A stretch of DNA of 64,000 nucleotides, from contig CAWCDG010000007.1 of assembly GCA_963794325.1 (NCBI GenBank), positions 224,001 to 288,000 on the forward strand, given 5' to 3'. The translations under genes and the position numbers were made by a program. The notes beneath the pieces were generated by a model. The model searched no databases. It saw only the letters and a list, made by a program, of their open reading frames with translations, and was not told the origin of the DNA. The first letter of the stretch is position 1; every line of letters starts with the position of its first letter. This DNA is from an uncultured delta proteobacterium. GTDB lineage: Bacteria; Desulfobacterota; Binatia; Binatales; Binataceae. Positions 57,168 to 64,000 of the stretch are shown piece by piece.

Positions 57168-58973
57168 ATGCGTCTGCGAGCAAGACTGGCCCTCATAGCT
57201 CTGGTGCTGATGCTGGTTCCCACGATCGTGCTCAGCGTCATCTCGATCGATTCCCGAATCGCCGACATGATCGACGAAATGTCGCAATCGACCGACTTCA
57301 TGATTGCGCAGATCTTCGAAGAGGTGCGGCTCGCTCTCTCACAGGGCGACGCCGACGTCTCGCCCGCGCTCCGCAACAGCGAACCGGTGCGCAAGCTCCT
57401 CGATTCGACGGTTGCCTTCGGCCCGGCGGTGGTAACCGCGTCGATCGTCGCCAATGACGGCACCGTGATCGTGGCGGCCAATGGCGACGGCGAGGGGAAA
57501 CCGGCGCTCGACCTGCCGTCGGTCAAAGCACTGGACGAACAGGCTTCGCGATGGCTGCTGTTCACCTCGCTGCCCAGCCTGCTGACCGCAAGGGTGTACG
57601 AAGCGCGGCGCCGGGTGGATATCAACGGTCATCCAGCCGCGACTATTTCAATCGGCGTGACGACGGCGCTCATTGCAGGCGAGGTTCGGCATCTGTTGGT
57701 CGTGATCGTCGCCACCGCGGGTCTCGTCATCGCGGCGGCGATGCTTGTGGTATCGCTGATCGCCAATCGAATCCTCGAACAACTTGCCAACCTTACCAGC
57801 GGATTCGAACAGCTGGTTGCCGGCAAGAGTCCTTCGGAAATGAAGCTCTCGGGCGCCGGTGAGCTGAGCACTCTTGCCGAGAAGTTCAATGAACTGTCGC
57901 GGCAAGTCAGGGCGGACCGGTCCCGGCTCGATAGCGACCAGTCTCATCTGTTCGACGTGGTCCGCTCGATTCAGGACGCCGTCGTGCTGCTCGACGCGAA
58001 CACTGTGGTGTTGTTTGCGAACAAGGAGGCGCAGGAGCGGCTGGCGCCAAAGAACGGCCCGCTCGAAGGAGCGTCACTCGCCTCGGCGCTCGAACCGTCG
58101 CATCCCCTGCTCGCATTGGTGCAATCGACGGTGGCGGGGACTGAGGCTCACGATGTTCCGTTGGCGCTTCCGCCGGGCGGGACCTACCTGGTTTCATTCT
58201 TTCGGCTGGGGCGCGAGCGGGTGCCGGCCGGTCTGCTGATTGTGCTGAGAGATTTGCAGCCTGTTATCGAACTGGAAACGGCGCTCGATTCGTCGAATCG
58301 GTTGGCGCGTCTGGGCACGCTGATCTCCGGCCTCGCTCATCAGTTGCGCAGCCCGCTCAACGGAATGAACATGAGGCTTGAGCTGTTGCGCCACGAAGCC
58401 GGCGACGCCGGCGCAAAGCACATCGACAAATTGCGGCGCGAGGTGATGCGGCTGGACGAATCGGTCGAAGCGTTACTGCGTTTCATGCGGCCCGAGCAAT
58501 TGAAGCTGAGCGATTTCGACATTAACGAGTTGCTCAAGGAGCTCGGCGGGCGCATCAATGCCGAAAAAGTCAAAGTCGAGTACCAGCTCGATCCCGCGCT
58601 GCCTCCGGTTCAATGCGATCGCGGATTGATTTATGAGGCACTCTCCAATTTGATAACCAACGCCGAGCAGGCGATGTCCGACGGAGGAGGGTTGACGCTG
58701 TCCAGCAGGCTGCAGGGGACGACGGTCGAGCTTGCTATTGCGGATCGCGGTCCCGGAATCCCGAAGGAGCAACTGGATCGAATCTTCGACTTGTATTACA
58801 CAACCAAAGCTGGCGGCAGTGGTTTGGGACTGCCATTCGCGATGCGTGCAATCGAACTGAACGGCGGTAAGATAGCGATAGATTCAAAAGTCGGCCAAGG
58901 TACGGTGTGTAAGATTACGATTCCGATTGCATCCAATGCGCCCGCCAAACCAGCAGTTCCCAGCGCGGCCTGA
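57168..58973 (+). CDS. sensor histidine kinase (periplasmic sensor, HAMP, PAS-like)
   Basis: 2 TM, EL..LA..FN HAMP, AHQLRSPL, NL..NA, D.G.G, G.GLGL. Confidence 0.92.
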   Translation: MRLRARLALIALVLMLVPTIVLSVISIDSRIADMIDEMSQSTDFMIAQIFEEVRLALSQGDADVSPALRNSEPVRKLLDSTVAFGPAVVTASIVANDGTVIVAANGDGEGKPALDLPSVKALDEQASRWLLFTSLPSLLTARVYEARRRVDINGHPAATISIGVTTALIAGEVRHLLVVIVATAGLVIAAAMLVVSLIANRILEQLANLTSGFEQLVAGKSPSEMKLSGAGELSTLAEKFNELSRQVRADRSRLDSDQSHLFDVVRSIQDAVVLLDANTVVLFANKEAQERLAPKNGPLEGASLASALEPSHPLLALVQSTVAGTEAHDVPLALPPGGTYLVSFFRLGRERVPAGLLIVLRDLQPVIELETALDSSNRLARLGTLISGLAHQLRSPLNGMNMRLELLRHEAGDAGAKHIDKLRREVMRLDESVEALLRFMRPEQLKLSDFDINELLKELGGRINAEKVKVEYQLDPALPPVQCDRGLIYEALSNLITNAEQAMSDGGGLTLSSRLQGTTVELAIADRGPGIPKEQLDRIFDLYYTTKAGGSGLGLPFAMRAIELNGGKIAIDSKVGQGTVCKITIPIASNAPAKPAVPSAA

Positions 58974-59766
58974 GCGAATCGATCGGCCAGTAATCTGGCA
59001 GCTCCTCTGCGGCTTCCTGTTATCACTGATTTTTCTCGCCGGATGCGCCGGCGGGACTTCGGGCTCGAACTGGTTTACTAATTTTTTTGGCGGTGCATCG
59101 CTGACGCCGAGTCCGACCGTTGAGCTAACTCCAACTGCGGCGCCCAGTCCGATTGCAAGTCCGGCAGCGGCCGAAACGGTACCGGCCGGCAGGAAAGCCG
59201 CGAGGCAGGCCCGCGCTGCTTCCGAGAACGCACAGGTCGCCTCGAAAGAAGCTGCGAGCGCATCTGCCGCCGCAGCGCTCGCCTCGAAGCAGGCGGCAAG
59301 TGCGGCGAATCGGATCGAAGGAACCGGCCCGACCAACCCCGACGTAAGCCTGGAGAACAGTTCAGCGACCGCGGCATCGGCGAATCCCGTTGGAGCGATC
59401 AGGAACGGAGCATCGCCGACGCCAAGTCCGTCGCTGATGACCTCCGCACGCGAACCATCGTCACGAATCGCTCCGGCTGCGAGTTCGCCCGCGCTCGAAG
59501 CAATGGGTACGTCAGGCGAGTCCGATCTTGCGAAGGCCGCAAAACTGATCAGGAACGTCGATGTGATGGATAAGAAGGTCGATCGCAAAAATCTCACGGC
59601 CGACGATTCTCAGCGCGACATTCTCGCGCAGAAACTGTTGCAAGAAGCAAAGAAGGCGCTGGTCGATCGCGACAGCATTGCCGCGATCAGTCTCGCGACC
59701 AAGGCCTCGACGCTGTTCGAGCCTTTGCCAAAACTCGCCGACTCTTCGATCGCGCCGCCACCTTAG
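58936..59766 (+). CDS. Ala/Ser/Pro-rich lipoprotein
   Basis: LIFLAGC lipobox, low-complexity linker, helical C-terminus; start uncertain. Confidence 0.65.
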   Translation: MRPPNQQFPARPERIDRPVIWQLLCGFLLSLIFLAGCAGGTSGSNWFTNFFGGASLTPSPTVELTPTAAPSPIASPAAAETVPAGRKAARQARAASENAQVASKEAASASAAAALASKQAASAANRIEGTGPTNPDVSLENSSATAASANPVGAIRNGASPTPSPSLMTSAREPSSRIAPAASSPALEAMGTSGESDLAKAAKLIRNVDVMDKKVDRKNLTADDSQRDILAQKLLQEAKKALVDRDSIAAISLATKASTLFEPLPKLADSSIAPPP

Positions 59767-59904
59767 CGGGCAGCATCGCGCACGGTCGATTTGTTCCATT
59801 AGGAACAAATGTCACGACTGTAAAATCTGCGCATCTTCGGAAGTCGTGAAGGAATTTCCCCAAAGACCTCGATAAGAGGCTCGAAGGATAATGAGTTTTT
59901 CAAA

Positions 59905-59920
59905 TGGCCCTATACTTGCT
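59905..59920 (+). promoter_or_regulatory. sigma54 promoter candidate
   Basis: TGGCCCTATACTTGCT (GG-N10-GC). Confidence 0.65.
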
Positions 59921-60092
59921 CCCATTACTTGTTAGGCACGACATCGGCGTCGTGAAGAGCAGTCAGGCATGGTGGTCAGCTTTGCGAGCAGCGACCGATT
60001 GAACTACTCCGCTTCGTTTTCGCACGCGTCCCGCCCGTAAAAGATCCGATCCATGTTTGATGGCGAATGGGTGGCCGACAAGGGAATTCCGA

Positions 60093-60674
60093 ATGACGAA
60101 GTCGCGGAAACTCAATCCGATCGTTCTCGCGGTTGAAACTGCCACCAGCGAGCTCAACGATCTTCTAAACGCGATAGGATTGCGGATCTCACTTCTGCAA
60201 CATCAGGTCGAGGCGTCTGCGTTCGAAGCAGAAATTGTTCGCCTTGCCGGGCTGCTCGAGAAGGCGACTCAGCGGGTGCGGCTGCTCGACGAATATGCGC
60301 GCGCGGAGGCTCTGGTGGCCGCGATGCGGCCCGAGCGTCCCAGGCGACATACAACAATTTCCAGCGTCGCGAATCCTGATACGGCCTTGGATCGGAAACC
60401 GCGGACGGCTCTCCTGATTACCGACGCGGCCGAAGAAAATAGCGCGATCAAAGAATGCCTCGAGCGCAACGGATGCACCGTGGTGGTGGCGGAATCAACT
60501 GCGGCCGGATTGAAGATGCTCAGGTCCAATCAAAGTTTCGATCACATCCTGTGTGACTCTGCGTTTATCGCTGAGACCGGATCGAAGTTCACCGCGGAAC
60601 TGTCGCGAGCAGCTCCCGAATCGCGGGTGTACGTTTTACAACGACACATGCAATTCGCCAATCCCGCGGGCTGA
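60093..60674 (+). CDS. degenerate HisKA-like helices plus truncated receiver domain
   Basis: SELNDLLNAI resembles an H-box without His; ALLITD..L...G..V..A.S...GL...FDHILCD receiver. Confidence 0.6.
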   Translation: MTKSRKLNPIVLAVETATSELNDLLNAIGLRISLLQHQVEASAFEAEIVRLAGLLEKATQRVRLLDEYARAEALVAAMRPERPRRHTTISSVANPDTALDRKPRTALLITDAAEENSAIKECLERNGCTVVVAESTAAGLKMLRSNQSFDHILCDSAFIAETGSKFTAELSRAAPESRVYVLQRHMQFANPAG

Positions 60675-60785
60675 GAATTTTTTGCACACAATCCCGAGCA
60701 TTTTCGCTGAGCATTTCGGTCGGAATGTGGAAAATACTACACATACTTTTTTCTGAATAATCAGCGTCCTCCCACCGTCCGGCAG

Positions 60786-60801
60786 TGGTATGGCAATTGC
60801 G
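60786..60801 (+). promoter_or_regulatory. sigma54 promoter candidate for BON genes
   Basis: TGGTATGGCAATTGCG (GG-N10-GC), 28 nt before ATG 60830. Confidence 0.65.
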
Positions 60802-60829
60802 TTATCAGCTGTAGCGCAAGGAGGAGCAA

Positions 60830-61123
60830 ATGAAACGCGAAATACATTGGTATCTGTTGACCACGGTAGTTGCGACCTTCGCAATTGTTGGCACCGCATT
60901 TTGTCTGAATCCTTCTTACAACACGAAGTATCAGCTAATTGCTGACAATTCAGTTCCGGTCAAACGAAGCATAATCAAAGTGCATACGGACCACGGCGTG
61001 ATCGCTATACCCGGTGATGCTGATTCATGGGAAGCGGCGGAGCGCGCAGTGTTTTTGGCCGACAGCATTGCCGATTTGCAAATAGCCAATAGCGAAGTTC
61101 CGTGGCAGATCGCAATGGAGTAG
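60830..61123 (+). CDS. small degenerate BON-like protein
   Basis: AAGGAGG SD, hydrophobic N-terminus, IKVHTDHGVI.I.G..DS....ERA..LA. Confidence 0.6.
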   Translation: MKREIHWYLLTTVVATFAIVGTAFCLNPSYNTKYQLIADNSVPVKRSIIKVHTDHGVIAIPGDADSWEAAERAVFLADSIADLQIANSEVPWQIAME

Positions 61124-61204
61124 CTATTCCGTATCTACTGCAAAATATACTTTTGATTACTCACTTGATTAAACAGTAGCTATAGTTAGCAGCTTGGTGT
61201 TCGC

Positions 61205-61633
61205 ATGAAATCCGTCACAGTCAAATTCATTAGCGCGGGGTTGCTTTCCAGTCTCGCGATGTTCTCGATTCCCGTTTCGACGTGTCTGGCACAGCAGCAA
61301 GTGACTGACAACAATCCTGCCGTGACTACCGAACGATCGATAACACTGGAAGATGACGACGTGCAGACTTCAGCCGAACATCGCTACAACTCTCCCGCCG
61401 AACGCGCGAAGGATGACCTGCTGATAACCGAAGTGAAGAGTTCGCTGGCCGAGCGAGGCATCTCGGATCGATACCCGGTGGAAGTCGATTGCGACCATGG
61501 AACGATCCAGCTGAGCGGTGTTGTGGCGTCAGCCGATGCTGCGCGGCAGGCAGAAGCAATCGCGCTTAACACGAAAGGCGTGGTCGGGGTCAAGGACAAG
61601 CTGACCTGGCGCCAGACTTCATCCTCGCAGTAG
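61205..61633 (+). CDS. BON-domain (OsmY-like) periplasmic protein
   Basis: signal peptide, DD.L.T.VK..L, V.C..G.I.LSG.V, GV..V.D.L. Confidence 0.85.
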   Translation: MKSVTVKFISAGLLSSLAMFSIPVSTCLAQQQVTDNNPAVTTERSITLEDDDVQTSAEHRYNSPAERAKDDLLITEVKSSLAERGISDRYPVEVDCDHGTIQLSGVVASADAARQAEAIALNTKGVVGVKDKLTWRQTSSSQ

Positions 61634-62566
61634 CGGGATAACCTCCCGCGCGAACTGCTCATGCTGCGCGTCGCGATCGCTCGGCGCTGAGATAACGTCC
61701 ACATTGACGTCACGAATTCCCGCTTTGACGAACTCGTCGATTCTCGCGGCGACATCCGCGGGCTTGCCGATCGCGGCGTAGCGTTTTGCAGGCTCGCGAA
61801 AGTCCATCGCGTAACGCTTGCTCAGGTGCGTCGCGGCGACATCGAGCGCAGCTTCATAGCTGGGCCCGAGCGTCACGAACAAATGCAACGCAGTGCCGAA
61901 GTGATCGAACTTGCGGCCTGCTTTGTCGGCCTCAGCAGCGATGAACTCGAGTCCCTCGCTGACCCGCTTGGGCGTCACCACGTATGGCATCCATCCGTCG
62001 CCCAGCCGCGCCGCGCGCTTGAGCGCAGCTTCGGCGCGTCCTCCGACCCATACCGGAGGTCCGCCGGGCGTGCGTGGCTTCGGCAGCATCGTGACTTTCC
62101 CGAAGCTGAAATACTTGCCGTGATACTCGACCGGTTCTCCGGTCCAGAGCCGCTTGATTATTTCGATCGCTTCGTTGGCGCGTCCGCCGCGTTGGTTCAG
62201 GAGGATGCCGCATGCTTCGTACTCGCGGGGAAATTCGCCGCCGACTCCGACGCCGAAAATAAAGTGTCCCGCAGCCATCAGGCGATCCACCGTCGCAACC
62301 ATCTTGGCGACCGTCGTGGGATGGCGCAGCGGTAACAAGAAAATGCTGGTGCCGAAAATCAGGTTCGGCTTAAGCGCCGACAGGTAAGTGAGTTGTGTCA
62401 AAGGATCGTCGACGGGTCCGGTGAACGCGACATGGTCTCCGGTCCAGATACTGTCGTAGCCCCACTCCGACAGGGTGTTGACGGTCTTGAGCGCATGGTC
62501 GCGATCCGCGGCGGTCGCCATCGCGCCGAATCTGACCTTCGAATTCAGCGGTAGTGCATTACTCAT
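61619..62566 (-). CDS. LLM-class flavin/F420-dependent oxidoreductase
   Basis: GYDSIWTGDH, LPLRHP..VAK, GVGVGGE, PPVWVGG..AALKRAA..GDGW. Confidence 0.9.
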   Translation of the reverse strand: MSNALPLNSKVRFGAMATAADRDHALKTVNTLSEWGYDSIWTGDHVAFTGPVDDPLTQLTYLSALKPNLIFGTSIFLLPLRHPTTVAKMVATVDRLMAAGHFIFGVGVGGEFPREYEACGILLNQRGGRANEAIEIIKRLWTGEPVEYHGKYFSFGKVTMLPKPRTPGGPPVWVGGRAEAALKRAARLGDGWMPYVVTPKRVSEGLEFIAAEADKAGRKFDHFGTALHLFVTLGPSYEAALDVAATHLSKRYAMDFREPAKRYAAIGKPADVAARIDEFVKAGIRDVNVDVISAPSDRDAQHEQFAREVIPLLRG

Positions 62567-62569
62567 AAA

Positions 62570-63355
62570 TCACACCGAGCGAAGCGCGCCGCCGTCGACG
62601 CGGATCAACGAACCCGTCACGTAGGCGGCCAGCGGACTGGCGAGGAACGCAGCGACCGCGCCGAATTCCGCGGGAGTGCCGAGCCGTCCGACCGGGATTG
62701 CCTGCGCGTTTCGTTGGATAGCTTCCTCGACCGAAATCTTCTGGCGCTCCGCAGCCGCGGTGCTTATCTGAAGAATCCGATCCGTCTTAATTGCGCCGGG
62801 CAGAAGCGTGTTGACCGTGATTCCGTCGCGCGCGACCTCGCCCGCAAGAGTCTTGGCCCATCCGACGATCGAGCTGCGCAACGTATTCGAAACTCCGATC
62901 GCGGCGATCGGCTCGACCACGCTGGTCGATGCGACGTTCAGGATTCGTCCCCATTTGCGCGCGCGCATGTCGCCCAGCAGCAAGTCGGTGATTCGAAACA
63001 ACGGCATCACCATCGCATGGAATTGGTCCTCCCATACTTTGGCGGACACTCCTGCCACGCCGGACGGCGGCGGGCCGCCGGAATTGTTGAGCAGGATGTC
63101 GATCGCTCCAAGTTGTTTTCGCGCCTCATTGGCGGCAGCTTCGAGTGTCGGCCAGTTCGCGAGGTCCGCCGCAAATCCTGCAGCCTTGGCGCCTCGCGAG
63201 GTGATTTCCGAGACGGCGCGATCAAGCGCCTCCTGTCCGCGCGCTACAATCGCGACCGCAACGCCCTCCGCCGCTAGCGCGTCGGCAACGCCGCGACCGA
63301 GTCCTTTGCTACCGCCGAGAATCAGCGCCGTTTTTCCTTTGAGTTGAAGATCCAT
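62570..63355 (-). CDS. SDR-family oxidoreductase
   Basis: GGSKGLG, NNSGGP, SxxxR variant (SNTLR), GITVN, P.GR.G.P.EF, VDGG. Confidence 0.92.
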   Translation of the reverse strand: MDLQLKGKTALILGGSKGLGRGVADALAAEGVAVAIVARGQEALDRAVSEITSRGAKAAGFAADLANWPTLEAAANEARKQLGAIDILLNNSGGPPPSGVAGVSAKVWEDQFHAMVMPLFRITDLLLGDMRARKWGRILNVASTSVVEPIAAIGVSNTLRSSIVGWAKTLAGEVARDGITVNTLLPGAIKTDRILQISTAAAERQKISVEEAIQRNAQAIPVGRLGTPAEFGAVAAFLASPLAAYVTGSLIRVDGGALRSV

Positions 63356-63378
63356 TTCATTTCACCGATCTCTGATCG

Positions 63379-63942
63379 TTACGGATTCTGCTTCGGTGCG
63401 CCCGGCAGCCAATGGTCCAGCGGCACGCCGAAACTGTTGAGCGCCCACGATACGAGGTTGTACTGCCCGATCGTGAACACCGCATCCATCATTTGCTCGA
63501 TACTGTAGCGCGCGGACAACTGCTTCCAGGTCTCCTCGGAGACGACGGAGTTCTCGTATAAATCGTCGGCAGCCTGAAGCAGTGCGGCTTCGTGTTTGTC
63601 CCATCCGGCCTTGGGACCCTTGCTGATGCGATCGATCTCGTCGTCGGTGAGTCCGGCGGCCTTGCCGATTCGCACGTGCTGTTCCCATTCGTAGGGCGCC
63701 TGGTTGAGCCAGCCGATGCGCAGAATCAAAATCTCGCGGTCGCGCACCGGCAGCGTCTGACGCGTGGACAGGATATATCCGCCGAAGCGGCCCCAGCTGC
63801 GCGTGAGCTTCGGGTGATTCATCAGCACCTTGAAAATGTTGATCACGTCGCCGTTAACGATGTTGCGGTCGGCCATCTCGCGATCTTCGGGGCTCAGAGT
63901 CGAAAGATCGCGGAAAGGGATTCGTTGTTTTCTCGCAGTCAC
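63379..63942 (-). CDS. carboxymuconolactone decarboxylase/AhpD-like protein
   Basis: NIF..L.NHP, REILILR.G.....YEWEQH; GGAGGAG SD before GTG. Confidence 0.85.
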   Translation of the reverse strand: MTARKQRIPFRDLSTLSPEDREMADRNIVNGDVINIFKVLMNHPKLTRSWGRFGGYILSTRQTLPVRDREILILRIGWLNQAPYEWEQHVRIGKAAGLTDDEIDRISKGPKAGWDKHEAALLQAADDLYENSVVSEETWKQLSARYSIEQMMDAVFTIGQYNLVSWALNSFGVPLDHWLPGAPKQNP

Positions 63943-64000
63943 GGGTGCTCCTCCGTCGATGTTTATTATGTGCGGGACAAACCGTTCGTCCGATCAGGTT

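Overview
GC-rich bacterial chromosomal window, densely coding (about 65 CDS). Gene content (DUF1329, LLM, P450, acyl-CoA dehydrogenase, BVMO) loosely suggests a soil/sediment lineage such as Candidatus Binatota, but this is an impression, not a search result. Main blocks: (1) trmJ-like, hydrolase, asd; (2) a SAM-I riboswitch-led sulfur operon (ThiF/MoeB E1, threonine-synthase-like PLP enzyme, MoaD/ThiS carrier ending GG-R, CysM-like synthase, stand-alone NIL protein, a second degenerate E1-like protein, HAD phosphatase) followed by cysC and sat; (3) assorted catabolic enzymes; (4) a sigma54-type operon of porin, two monoheme cytochromes c, a GltD/DsrL-like Fe-S flavoprotein, Rieske protein, cytochrome b and tetraheme cytochrome c; (5) vapBC and an AT-richer island (Dam-like methylase, PD-(D/E)xK nuclease, two unknown genes) bracketed by inverted copies of a REP-like element, next to a parS-like palindrome; (6) a type III PKS-like tailoring/export operon that seems to have lost its PKS, divergent from a two-component system; (7) stress genes, a second sigma54 two-component system and BON proteins. 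Strongest novelty candidate: the two E1-like genes of the sulfur operon carry complementary halves of the active site, as expected of a heterodimeric (SAE1/SAE2-like) activating enzyme. Six genes carry single-base +1 frameshifts, most likely sequencing errors. All calls are by-eye motif recognition; no searches were run.
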